DNA of 64,000 nt from a bacterium (lineage in GTDB: Bacteria; UBA10199; 2-02-FULL-44-16; JAAZCA01): contig CAXXGI010000001.1 of assembly GCA_963674695.2 (NCBI GenBank), positions 928,001 through 992,000 of the forward strand, given 5' to 3'. The position numbers were made by a program, and so were the translations under genes. The stretch's first letter is position 1. Every line of letters begins with the position of its first letter. Below, piece after piece: positions 8,891-18,189 of this stretch. The notes below the pieces were generated by a model. The model had not been told where the DNA came from. It did not search any database and saw nothing but the letters and a program-made list of their open reading frames with translations.

Positions 8891-11875
8891 TTATGGTTTG
8901 GCACTCATCCCCGCCGCGATCTCGGCTTCGAGGGCGGCCGTGCTGAAGAGCGGCCATTGGGGGATGTCGTAGACTTGGATGGCTTTGGTCTTTGCGAGCA
9001 TCGCTTGGGCATTCGCGATATCGCCCATCGCAAAATACGCGCGGGCCTGGATGAAACAGCCCGCTGGCTGTTTCGGCGCGCGCTGGGCGAGCGCCTCGCC
9101 GATGCCAAGCGCCTCCTCGGGGCGACCCAGCGCGATGAGGGCGTGGGCCTTGATATTCGATGCGTTGATGTTCATCGGCATGCGCGCAAGGACGGCTTCG
9201 GCACTGACAAGCGCCTCTTCAAAACGCTCCTCGCGCAGCAGGAGGCTCGGCTCGACCGTGCGGATCTGATAGACGTCGGGAAAACGCGCGCGCAGCTCTT
9301 CGAAGCGCGCACGCGCCATCGCGACCTTCTCCACCGTGTCCGCTTCGGTGATGTCGAGACCGACCATGTTCGCCTCGACACCCCAATCGTACGGATTGGC
9401 GGCGATCGCCTTCTCGCAATACATACGCGCATCATCGAAGTTTCCGCGGGCGAAGGCGAGCCAGCGCTCGAGCTGGGAGACGATCGCCGGGTCCGTCCCC
9501 GGCGTCTCGATCGCGTCAAAGAGACTCGCCTCGAGAGAGGCGATGTCGTTCTCGCTCCACCAGAGCTGTTGCTGAAGCGAGCGGCGAATCTCCGGATGCT
9601 GCGCCGCATCGATCCGATCGATCTGCTCCCGTGCCGCATCGAGGTCGTTCATCTCTAGGGCGATACTCGTACGAAAAAGCCGGGCATTCATGTCGCGCGG
9701 ATGGTATTCGATCTGGCGATCCAGCACCGAGATGGCTTCCTCGTAATGGCCCATCATCGCCTTGGCGCGAGCGAGGGAAATGCTCCGAGGATCATTGGCG
9801 CGCTCCGATCTCACGTTGCCAAACCACCGCAGCGCCATGCGCGGGTTTCCCTTCATCAGCTCCAGATCGATTTTGAGGAATGCCCCCATCGGATTTCGCC
9901 AATAGACCGTCGCTTCCCGTCCCGCCTCTACGGCGGCGCGATCCAGATCACCGCGCACCTGGGCAATGGTCGTGAGCGTCGCATGGCTCCCGGGGAGATT
10001 GGGAGCAACCTCCATCGCATCGGAAAGAAGCGATTCAGCGGCATCATATTGAGAACGCATCACCTCATCGAAGGCGATGACTTTCAGCATCAGGGCATTG
10101 CGCGGATTCTGCATCAGCGCGCGTTCGGCATACGCGATGGCATCGGCCTTGTGTCCCAGGACGCTTTCGCGCTGAGCCAACATCGTCTCCGCCCAGCCGG
10201 AGAAGGGAAGCTTTTCTTTAAGCTCACCGGCAGCCATCGTGAAATTGCGCTCGATCATCGCACGGGAAAGAACCCGTTCCTCTTCATCGACCGGCTGCAT
10301 CCCCGTGACCCCCATCGCCATGATCAACGGCAGGATCGCGTGTGGGTTGTTGGGAAACCGGGTGACGACCGCCATCCCCAACTCACGAGCCACTTCGGGG
10401 GAGAAGCGTTGCATCCAATCACTGAAATAGTTGAACAACGCGATCCGCTCCGGAATCGCCTCTACAGACGGCTCAACCTCCTCGATGATGGCATCGATAA
10501 TCGCAGCGCGTTCTTCGGGCGACGCGGATGCATCCGACGAGATCAATTTGAGTGAATTGAGGTGATTCCGAATGGAGCTATAATCAGGGCATCCTTCCGG
10601 ATCGATAAAGTGGGCAACGCGATGGAGAAAAGAGCCATCTTCCTGACTGCTGGCGAGACTGCTCAGATACATCGCCACCGGATTGACCTCGCGCGACCAG
10701 CCGATCTCGCCGATCCCGATGGGGTCGAGGCTCTTGCCCTCGCTGGCGGGATAGACGTGGTTCTCGGTCATTCGGCTCTCGACGCTGCACGGAACGCCGG
10801 TCGCCGCGAGCGCGGCCTCGACCATGTACATCCGCTCCGAACAGCTCCCGTAGTTTTGGTTGGGATCGCGACAGACCGCGAACGACTCGGCCGCCGTCAT
10901 CTCAACGCTCGCAAGCTCTTCATCGATACTCATCGTCCGCGGCTCATCGGAGGCAAAGCAGAGGCCCCCCTCGGCGAAGGCGGACGTGCCCGCCTCGACG
11001 AACTTCGGACGAAAGGCATTGCAGAAATTCGGATCGTCACGGGAGATGCCGATCTCCGCCTCGACCCGCGCAGCGATCTCTCGAGCGCGCGCGACGTCCT
11101 CGGGGGAGAGGTCCTGCAGATCGATCGGGTGGCGCACGCCCAGCGGTTCGAGCACGTGCGCAAACCGCAGCCAGTCTGCGCGCGTCACGGCAAACGCCGC
11201 CGCCTCGGCCAGTTCCACGCCACCATCGCCATTGAGATCGAGTGCCGCGACATCATCCAGGCTGGCGACCTTGACGATCTCGGCAATCTGTCGCATCTCT
11301 TCGATCTGTTCCTCTTCCCGCTCAACATCCGCGGCGACAACAGCGAAGAGCCCGCCGGCGATCTGGTCGGCCGAAAGCCTCCCATCCGCGCAGGCAAGAA
11401 TGGCCTCCGGCGTGAGCCTCTCGACCATGTGCGCCGCGATCCGCTGCGCCGTTTCAAACTCCTCCTCGTCAATACAGGCGCGCTCGATGAGCGTTCCATC
11501 CTGATATTGTCGATCACGCATGAGGCAACTGGCGGCACCCCCATCGTCCGATGACTCCTTCACGTGAAGAAGCGCCGTGCCGATGATGGAGGACCAGAGA
11601 CAGCTGCGGCCCGTGAAGAAGAACATCTCCGCCCCGCAGTCGTTCATCCCGGCATCAGCATCCCGATAGGCATCGCCGGCAAAACAGTTCTCACGTTCGA
11701 CATCGGTGGCCTTTTCCTGGCAGGCCTGCTCCTGCGCCTCGAATTGAGCGGCGATATCCCCACAGAGCTTCCCCTTCGCCGCCTGCTCCTCCTCGGAGGG
11801 CGTGCCCAAATCCCGATCCAGACGCTCGAAGATGCGCCGGCTCGCCTCGGTCATCGTCATCTTCTCGGCCATCAT
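8891..11875 (-). CDS. Large TPR protein with EF-hand-like and transglutaminase-like motifs
   Basis: C-terminal ~450 aa of TPR-like repeats; DLNGDGGVELAE; GSCSE...HVY...LDP. Confidence 0.7.
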   Translation of the reverse strand: MMAEKMTMTEASRRIFERLDRDLGTPSEEEQAAKGKLCGDIAAQFEAQEQACQEKATDVERENCFAGDAYRDADAGMNDCGAEMFFFTGRSCLWSSIIGTALLHVKESSDDGGAASCLMRDRQYQDGTLIERACIDEEEFETAQRIAAHMVERLTPEAILACADGRLSADQIAGGLFAVVAADVEREEEQIEEMRQIAEIVKVASLDDVAALDLNGDGGVELAEAAAFAVTRADWLRFAHVLEPLGVRHPIDLQDLSPEDVARAREIAARVEAEIGISRDDPNFCNAFRPKFVEAGTSAFAEGGLCFASDEPRTMSIDEELASVEMTAAESFAVCRDPNQNYGSCSERMYMVEAALAATGVPCSVESRMTENHVYPASEGKSLDPIGIGEIGWSREVNPVAMYLSSLASSQEDGSFLHRVAHFIDPEGCPDYSSIRNHLNSLKLISSDASASPEERAAIIDAIIEEVEPSVEAIPERIALFNYFSDWMQRFSPEVARELGMAVVTRFPNNPHAILPLIMAMGVTGMQPVDEEERVLSRAMIERNFTMAAGELKEKLPFSGWAETMLAQRESVLGHKADAIAYAERALMQNPRNALMLKVIAFDEVMRSQYDAAESLLSDAMEVAPNLPGSHATLTTIAQVRGDLDRAAVEAGREATVYWRNPMGAFLKIDLELMKGNPRMALRWFGNVRSERANDPRSISLARAKAMMGHYEEAISVLDRQIEYHPRDMNARLFRTSIALEMNDLDAAREQIDRIDAAQHPEIRRSLQQQLWWSENDIASLEASLFDAIETPGTDPAIVSQLERWLAFARGNFDDARMYCEKAIAANPYDWGVEANMVGLDITEADTVEKVAMARARFEELRARFPDVYQIRTVEPSLLLREERFEEALVSAEAVLARMPMNINASNIKAHALIALGRPEEALGIGEALAQRAPKQPAGCFIQARAYFAMGDIANAQAMLAKTKAIQVYDIPQWPLFSTAALEAEIAAGMSAKP

Positions 11876-12074
11876 CCCTCCGGGACATTACAGGCGATCA
11901 TGAGCACCGCGTGGCCCTGTACACAGTATTATCGGTCGCGCAGGTGCCAGAGTTGCCTGTTTTTCGTGTATTTTAACAACATTGTTTCGACGCAGATGGC
12001 ATTTGGCTCACGTATTCCCAAAAGCGGGGCGAAATCACCTTGCTCAGATTGCGGGATCTGCTATGACCACCCCC

Positions 12075-12566
12075 ATGGGACCTCAAAAGATCGCGAATGA
12101 ATTCAAAGGGTTTTCCGCCTCCATCCGTCGCGAGGTCAAAAACCTCCTCGAGATGTTCGAGTTCTTCCTCTCGGAACGACAGCTGGAAAAACCGATCGAC
12201 TTGCTCGGCGAGTCGGTGCGCGACCTGCGCATCATCATCGGACGGCTGCTCGTCGATCACTTCCTCAACCTCTCAACCGAGGACGAAGAGCGCTTCACCG
12301 AGGCACTCGCCGAGCTCCTCGTCGATCGCGCCGAACGCATCCCGACGGAGAACGAGGCGGATGTGGAATATTTCGAATATGTCGTCGGTGAAGTGTTGAT
12401 GGCCTTCGAATATGCCCAGGAGATCAAAGCGGCCTACGCCGAGGATCCCATTCAGCAGAAGATCATGGCGCTCGACATCCCCGTGCTGCGCCCCTTCGAC
12501 TACGGCCTGCAGAAAAAACTCAAGCTCATCAAGAAGGCCCGCCCGCACAAAAAACATCCGTCGTAA
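12075..12566 (+). CDS. Hypothetical helical protein (163 aa)
   Basis: Clean ORF with genome-typical codon usage; no motif recognised. Confidence 0.7.
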   Translation: MGPQKIANEFKGFSASIRREVKNLLEMFEFFLSERQLEKPIDLLGESVRDLRIIIGRLLVDHFLNLSTEDEERFTEALAELLVDRAERIPTENEADVEYFEYVVGEVLMAFEYAQEIKAAYAEDPIQQKIMALDIPVLRPFDYGLQKKLKLIKKARPHKKHPS

Positions 12567-12592
12567 AATATGAGCAGATGTATTCCGAAGGA

Positions 12593-12688
12593 TGTCATTC
12601 CCGCGAAGGCAGCCTGCCCGCCGGTTGTGTGGCGGGGGAATCTCGATGGACACGAAACATCGAGATCCCCGTTTTCACGGGGATGACA
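12593..12688. repeat. REP-like element carrying a 24-bp hairpin insert
   Basis: Nearly identical to 13674-13768 except the central spacer; insert CCTGCCCGCCGGTTGTGTGGCGGG at 12613-12636. Confidence 0.85.
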
Positions 12689-12750
12689 AAACTGGGGTTT
12701 GCCCCCACCCACCGGTGTTTCGACAAAAACCTCTCGTTTTCACTGCACAC

Positions 12751-12801
12751 AAAAAACTGCGGTCGGGCGGCGGCGGGGGAGCCGCCACCCGAACCACAGT
12801 T
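12751..12801 (-). terminator. Intrinsic terminator downstream of comEA
   Basis: Long GC stem (aactgtggttcgggtggcggc...gccgccgcccgaccgcagtt) followed by a T-run on the minus strand. Confidence 0.6.
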
Positions 12802-12817
12802 GGCGAAGACCCACCCC

Positions 12818-13159
12818 CTATCGGGCGGACTTCCCCGCCGTGCCAGTCTTTGCCTGCGCGCCTCCCGCAACGGTGACAAACGGGCTGATCTTGGCGAGCA
12901 ACTTCTCGCCGATGCCCTTGACACTCGTGAGCTCATCGACCGAGGCAAACTTCGTGTTCGAGCGGTGCGCGACGATCGCCTCGGCCTTTGATGCGCCGAT
13001 CCCCGGGATCTCCATGAGCTGCTCGACGCCGGCGGTGTTGATGTTCACCGGGGAAGCCGGTGCCACCTTGGCGGCCATCGCGCCCGTGGCCATCGTGAGT
13101 GCGGCCAAGAGCCCGAGCGTTGCGATCATCGTCTTCATCCGTGCGTGTCCTTTTTTCAT
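12818..13159 (-). CDS. comEA: ComEA-family DNA-binding protein (helix-hairpin-helix)
   Basis: Signal peptide; VNINTAGVEQLMEIPGIGASKAEAIV...FASVDELTSVKGIGEK. Confidence 0.92.
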   Translation of the reverse strand: MKKGHARMKTMIATLGLLAALTMATGAMAAKVAPASPVNINTAGVEQLMEIPGIGASKAEAIVAHRSNTKFASVDELTSVKGIGEKLLAKISPFVTVAGGAQAKTGTAGKSAR

Positions 13160-13185
13160 CTCTTCCTCCTTGTGGTGGTGGTTGT

Positions 13186-13410
13186 TTATCCGTTGTTCAT
13201 GGCCTTGCCGTTCGAGGCAGCGCCACGTCCCTTGCGGGGGTCGCGGATCTGCAGCTTGCCTTCGGTGGGAAAGGTGCCGAGCAGGACGTTGATCGACCCG
13301 TCGCGGTTCACATAGGCGCTTCCCACGCGGGTCCATTTCGACGTCCGCTCCTGACCCTCCCCTTCTTCTATGATGTTGAAGACATCCTTGGTCGTGCTCT
13401 TCTCCGTCAT
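13186..13410 (-). CDS. Small beta-rich hypothetical protein (74 aa)
   Basis: Good SD (aaggagag); WTRVGSAYVNRDGSINVLL motif; co-oriented directly upstream of comEA. Confidence 0.75.
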   Translation of the reverse strand: MTEKSTTKDVFNIIEEGEGQERTSKWTRVGSAYVNRDGSINVLLGTFPTEGKLQIRDPRKGRGAASNGKAMNNG

Positions 13411-13460
13411 TGCGCTCTCCTTTCCGATGGGGCGATCGATCGCGTTATGCAGATGGAGAA

Positions 13461-13477
13461 AGCAAGGAGCGTGCCAA
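13461..13477 (-). promoter_or_regulatory. Sigma54 (-24/-12) promoter
   Basis: Minus strand reads TTGGCACGCTCCTTGCT, matching the TGGCACG-N4-TTGCW consensus, about 50 bp before the 13410 start. Confidence 0.85.
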
Positions 13478-13561
13478 CGCAGAAGAAAACGGTGCAGGCA
13501 GACAACCGTTTAAAATTCTAAAACAAATAGACGGTGTTTGATTCTCGGAACAGGATGGAGG

Positions 13562-13601
13562 TGCCGAAAAACGCAGCAGCACTGCCGAAAAACGCAGCAG
13601 C
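13562..13601. promoter_or_regulatory. Tandem direct repeat, candidate enhancer-binding-protein sites
   Basis: TGCCGAAAAACGCAGCAGC at 13562-13580 and 13583-13601 (21-bp period), 85-125 bp upstream of the sigma54 site. Confidence 0.6.
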
Positions 13602-13673
13602 GCTCTGGCGTGATGGCTGAATCGTGAGATGGCTGAATGGCTCAATCGTTCCCGTCCGGAAAAGGGTTATTGC

Positions 13674-13768
13674 TGTCATTCCCGCGAAGGCAGCCTGCCC
13701 GCCGGTTGTGTGGCGGGGGAATCTCGCTTGTACGGCCAATCGAGATCCCCGTTTTCACGGGGATGACA
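13674..13768. repeat. REP-like element carrying a 24-bp hairpin insert
   Basis: Same family as 12593-12688; insert at 13694-13717. Confidence 0.85.
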
Positions 13769-13770
13769 AA

Positions 13771-14781
13771 CTACAGGGCTGGTTCGATATCGATCTGGCG
13801 GACGGTGATGCCGGCTTCTTTGAGCAGATGCAGCGGGACCTCGTTGATCGCGTAGGCCTTGTTGTAGACGACCTCGGCGATGCCGGAGTTGATGATCATC
13901 TTCGTGCAGATGAGGCAGGGAGAATAGGTCGTGTAGATCGTCGCCCCCTTGATGGAGACGCCGTGGTAGGCGGCCTGAACGATGGCGTTCTCCTCGGCAT
14001 GCGAGCAGAGGCATTCGTCGAGCTTCTCGCCCGAGGCCCCGAAGTGGTTGCAGCGCGGACAGCCCCCCTCGTTGCAGTTGGTGATGCCGCGCGGCGTGCC
14101 GTTGTAGCCGGTGGAGACGATGCGTTTGTCCTTCACGATCACCGCGGCGATCTTGCGCTTGATGCAGTTACCGCGCAAGGAGACCACGCGCGCGATCTGC
14201 ATGAAGTATTCGTCCCAGTCGGGACGGACGGTATTGGCCGCGAGCGCCTGGACGACCTGGCGCATCTGTTCCTTGAGCTCTTCGATGGTGGTATCGTTGG
14301 TCACGACCGCATCAGCGAGCTCCGCCGTGCGGTTGAGCTGCTGGGCAGCCAGATCGTTCGAGGAGGCCTCGCGCGCATCGATGTCGAGGAAGGCCTCGTA
14401 GGTCATGGGGTCCCCCTCGCGGTTGCGATCGCGGACGCGCTCGAAGCGAACCTTCGAATCGGCCTCGATGGCGACAAGGTGAAAATCGTTTCGACGCCGC
14501 AGGACCTCCACCTCGAACGGATTGCGGATGGAATCGACCACGACGTGCATGTCGTCGGTGAGCCGTGCGATCACGCGCTCGGCCAGGACCCCCGCGCCGC
14601 CTTCCTGGCGCATCCGGTTGGCCGTCTCGATGAGGCGCTCGCGCGTCACCTCGTGCCCCTCGTCGCGGATCTGGTGGCGCACCTCGTCGGAGAGCGAATA
14701 GTACTCATATCCACTCGCCTTCAAAAAGTCGGCGGCCACGCCCTTGCCCGATCCATTCTTTCCCGTCAGTCCGATAATCAT
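13771..14781 (-). CDS. P-loop kinase-like domain fused to dCMP deaminase
   Basis: N-term IIGLTGKNGSGKG; C-term RPDWDEYFM, STGYNGTPRG, HAEENAI, PCLIC zinc motif. Confidence 0.9.
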   Translation of the reverse strand: MIIGLTGKNGSGKGVAADFLKASGYEYYSLSDEVRHQIRDEGHEVTRERLIETANRMRQEGGAGVLAERVIARLTDDMHVVVDSIRNPFEVEVLRRRNDFHLVAIEADSKVRFERVRDRNREGDPMTYEAFLDIDAREASSNDLAAQQLNRTAELADAVVTNDTTIEELKEQMRQVVQALAANTVRPDWDEYFMQIARVVSLRGNCIKRKIAAVIVKDKRIVSTGYNGTPRGITNCNEGGCPRCNHFGASGEKLDECLCSHAEENAIVQAAYHGVSIKGATIYTTYSPCLICTKMIINSGIAEVVYNKAYAINEVPLHLLKEAGITVRQIDIEPAL

Positions 14782-14820
14782 GGGGCGCGCTCTAACAGAA
14801 AGGCCTGCGTGGCGCAAGCA

Positions 14821-14848
14821 TTGACACTTCCGCCCCATTGCCTACAAT
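14821..14848 (+). promoter_or_regulatory. Sigma70-type promoter for the Gld-like ABC operon
   Basis: TTGACA-N16-TACAAT ending 9 nt before ATG 14858. Confidence 0.6.
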
Positions 14849-14857
14849 CCGCCGCGT

Positions 14858-15793
14858 ATGATCCACGTCGAACACCTGCACAAGCACTTCGGACCGGTTC
14901 AGGCCGTGAGCGATGTCTCCTTCGATGTCGCCAAAGGTGAGGTCGTGGGCCTTCTGGGCCCCAACGGCGCGGGCAAGACGACCACGATGCGCGTCATCAC
15001 CGGCTTCCTGCGCTCCAGCGCGGGGCTGGTCACCGTGGATGGCATTCCGGTCTCGCCCGAAGAGATTCGCACGCGTCGGCTCATCGGCTATCTCCCTGAA
15101 AATGCACCCCTGCCGACCGATCTGGAGGTCACGGGGTTTCTCGACTACATCGCGCACCTGCGGGGCATCGCCACGACGGCCATCCCTGGCGCGATCGACG
15201 AGATGATCGACACCTGCGGCCTGGCCACGGTGGTGGGTCGCCCGATCGGCCAGCTCTCGAAGGGATATCGGCAGCGCGTGGGACTCGCCGCGGCGCTGCT
15301 CCACCGGCCGCCGATCCTCATCCTCGATGAACCGACCTCCGGCCTCGACCCGAATCAGATCACCGAGATCCGCACGCTGATTCGAGCCATCGGACAGGAG
15401 CGGACGGTCGTGCTCTCCACGCACATCCTGCAGGAGGTCGAAGCGACCTGCTCGCGCGCGCTGATCATCAGCAGCGGAAAACTCGTCGGCCACGGCACGC
15501 TCTCAGAACTGATGCGCGCATCCGGCGGGCACGCGCGCTATACCGTCGCCCTGCGCGCCGCGCGCGAGGTGATTCGCACGGCACTCGAAGCGCTGCCCCA
15601 TCTGGAGATCGCCGAATGGCTCTCGGGACCAACCGATGAACGCCAGCGCTTTACCCTGGCGGGACAGGATCCCGAGGATCGCTCCGAGGAGATCTTTGGC
15701 TGGGCCGTGGCGCAAAATTTAACGCTCGCGGAACTGACCCACGAGACGGCCTCGCTCGAAGAGGTTTTTCGGGAGTTGACGCAAACCCCGTGA
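14858..15793 (+). CDS. ABC ATP-binding protein (GldA-like)
   Basis: GPNGAGKTTTMR, LSKGYRQRVG, LDEPTSGLDPNQI, STHILQEV. Confidence 0.9.
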   Translation: MIHVEHLHKHFGPVQAVSDVSFDVAKGEVVGLLGPNGAGKTTTMRVITGFLRSSAGLVTVDGIPVSPEEIRTRRLIGYLPENAPLPTDLEVTGFLDYIAHLRGIATTAIPGAIDEMIDTCGLATVVGRPIGQLSKGYRQRVGLAAALLHRPPILILDEPTSGLDPNQITEIRTLIRAIGQERTVVLSTHILQEVEATCSRALIISSGKLVGHGTLSELMRASGGHARYTVALRAAREVIRTALEALPHLEIAEWLSGPTDERQRFTLAGQDPEDRSEEIFGWAVAQNLTLAELTHETASLEEVFRELTQTP

Positions 15794-15866
15794 ACGGTAA
15801 ACCGTGAACGGTGAACAGAAAATCGTTCACGGTTCACCGTTCACCGTTTACGGTTAACGGTTCACG
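15790..15866. repeat. Inverted heptamer arrays (GTGAACN)n / (GTTCACN)n
   Basis: About 4 GTGAAC-type units overlapping the stop codon, then about 6 GTTCAC-type units ending just before ATG 15870. Confidence 0.85.
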
Positions 15867-15869
15867 ATT

Positions 15870-16586
15870 ATGAAAAACATCTGGACGATTACCAAGCGAG
15901 AGTTCACGGCGTATTTCGTCAGCCCGATCGCCTACGTCTATCTCATCACCTTTCTCGTCGTCACCAACTGGCTCTTCTTCCGCACCTTCTTCGTCCTGGG
16001 GCAAGCGGACATGCGCCTCTTCTTCGGCCTCATCCCCTGGATCTTTCTCTTCTTCGTTCCAGCGGTGGCCATGGGCAAGTGGGCCGAGGAGCGCAAGCTC
16101 GGAACGCTCGAGGTCCTGTTCACGCTCCCGGTCTGCCTCCTCGATATCATCCTCGGAAAATTCTTGGCGGGACTCGGCCTTATCGCGACCGCGCTCCTGC
16201 TCACGCTCCCGATGGCGCTCACGATCGCAGGGCTCGGCGATCTGGACTGGGGCCCGGTCATCGGCGGCTACATCGGCTCGCTCTTCCTGGGCGGCGCCTA
16301 CCTCGCGGTGGGACTGACCATCTCATCGCTCACCGAAAATCAGATCATCGCCTTCATCCTGGGAGTGGCGGCGAGCTTCGGCCTGCTCATCATCGGCACG
16401 CCGATGATCGCCGGCGGCAGCTCCGGACCGATCGCCCAGGTCCTCCAATACATGGGCCTGGAGATGCACTTCACCTCGATCGCTCGGGGCGTGATCGATA
16501 GCCGTGATCTCATCTATTATAGTTCGGTCATCGGTTTCTTTCTCTATGTGAACCGCAAACTCCTGGAGACGTTTGCCCGACGATAG
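15870..16586 (+). CDS. ABC permease (GldF-like)
   Basis: KREFTAYFVSPIAY, WAEERKLGTLEVLFTLP, SSLTENQIIAF, RGVIDSRD. Confidence 0.9.
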   Translation: MKNIWTITKREFTAYFVSPIAYVYLITFLVVTNWLFFRTFFVLGQADMRLFFGLIPWIFLFFVPAVAMGKWAEERKLGTLEVLFTLPVCLLDIILGKFLAGLGLIATALLLTLPMALTIAGLGDLDWGPVIGGYIGSLFLGGAYLAVGLTISSLTENQIIAFILGVAASFGLLIIGTPMIAGGSSGPIAQVLQYMGLEMHFTSIARGVIDSRDLIYYSSVIGFFLYVNRKLLETFARR

Positions 16587-16596
16587 GCGTGAAACA

Positions 16597-18189
16597 ATGC
16601 CCAAGAAGAACGCGATCATCATGGTCCTGACGGTGCTGCTGCTCCTTGCCACCGTCAACGTCATCGCTGCACGCTTCCCCCTGCGCGCCGACCTGACGGA
16701 AAACCGCACCTATACGCTCGCGCCAGCCACGCACGACATTCTGAAACACTTGGACGACATCGTCTCGATCACCGTCTATTTTACCGAAGAGCTCCCGCCA
16801 CAGCTGACCACGCTCCGGCGAAACGTGGAAGACCTGCTGGCCGAAATCAAACGCGCCTCGAACGCCCGCGTCCGGGTTGCCTTCGTCGATCCGAACAGCT
16901 CCATGCTGGATGAACAAAAGGCCGCGCTTCTGGGTATCCCGCCGATTCAGCTCAACGTCCTCAAACACGATCGCCAGGAGGTGGCCAAGATCTATCTGGG
17001 GATGGCCGTCACCTACGGAGACCAACAACAGGTCCTGCCCGTCGTCCAACGCCTGGAGACACTCGAGTATGATCTGGTCGAAGCGATCCTCAAGGTGACG
17101 ACGAAGGAGATGCCGCCGATCGCCTGGTGGGAGACGCCAACCGACAGCGCGGCCGCCGGGGGATTCAGCCTGATCCGCCAGGCGCTCGAACGCCGTTATA
17201 CCATCGTCCCGCTGAACGCGGAGACGGCGATCGATGCCGATCCGAAGCGTTTTCCCGCGCTGGTGCTCGCCTCACCTCGCACGTTCTCGAATGAAGCGCT
17301 CGTCTGGCTCGACCAATACCTCATGGGCGGCGGCCGCATCATCGCGCTCATCGATCGGTTCGATATCGATGGGCAACTCAACGTGACGCCCGTCGAGACG
17401 AACGTGACGGAGCTCTTGACCCACTACGGCGTGACCGCTGACGACGAACTCGTGCTCGACACTGCAAACGCCATGGCCTCGTTTTCCGGCGGCATTGTCA
17501 CCTATCACATGCCCTATCCGTATTGGCCGGACGTGCAGAAAGCATACCTCAATTCGGACGAGCCGATCGTGGCCGACCTGGAATCGATCGTCCTGCCTTG
17601 GACGAGCCCGCTCACCCTGGCCACGACCGCCGCTGAAACCGGCACGCCCCTGGCCACGACCACCGATCAGGCCATCGCGATCCCCGCACATGAGGCACAG
17701 CTGGATCCACAGGCCGCCGCCGAAGCGATGGCGCAAGGCAAACCGGCAACCGCCGTCTTGTCCGCCCTGCTCGACGGACCGTTTTCGAGCTTCTTTGCCG
17801 ATCGCGACCGCGCGCCCAAAGGGGCGACCCTCATCGGCGAGAGCCCCGCCAGCGCGCGTCTGTTCGTCGTGGGATCATCGCGCTGGGTGAGCGACTCATT
17901 TCTGCAGGTCTTCCCCGCCAACGCCGCCTTCTTCCAGAATGCAGTGGACGCCTTCGCCATGGGCGATGCCCTCATCGGCATCCGTTCGCGCGAGCAGACC
18001 ACGCGACCGATCGCCGCGCTCTCTGAAACAGGCATCGCTTTCTTCCGGTGGACGAACCTCCTCATCGGCCCGATCATCGTGTTGGTCATTGCCCTGGTCG
18101 TCTTTCTGATGCGACGTGCACGATCGAGGTCGATCCAAAGACGCATCGGCTCACGCCGCGAACAGAGAAAAGCGAGTCCACCCGCATGA
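16597..18189 (+). CDS. GldG-family ABC auxiliary component
   Basis: RADLTENRTYTL, LEYDL, LDQYLMGGG, LIGIRSR; N- and C-terminal TMs. Confidence 0.85.
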   Translation: MPKKNAIIMVLTVLLLLATVNVIAARFPLRADLTENRTYTLAPATHDILKHLDDIVSITVYFTEELPPQLTTLRRNVEDLLAEIKRASNARVRVAFVDPNSSMLDEQKAALLGIPPIQLNVLKHDRQEVAKIYLGMAVTYGDQQQVLPVVQRLETLEYDLVEAILKVTTKEMPPIAWWETPTDSAAAGGFSLIRQALERRYTIVPLNAETAIDADPKRFPALVLASPRTFSNEALVWLDQYLMGGGRIIALIDRFDIDGQLNVTPVETNVTELLTHYGVTADDELVLDTANAMASFSGGIVTYHMPYPYWPDVQKAYLNSDEPIVADLESIVLPWTSPLTLATTAAETGTPLATTTDQAIAIPAHEAQLDPQAAAEAMAQGKPATAVLSALLDGPFSSFFADRDRAPKGATLIGESPASARLFVVGSSRWVSDSFLQVFPANAAFFQNAVDAFAMGDALIGIRSREQTTRPIAALSETGIAFFRWTNLLIGPIIVLVIALVVFLMRRARSRSIQRRIGSRREQRKASPPA

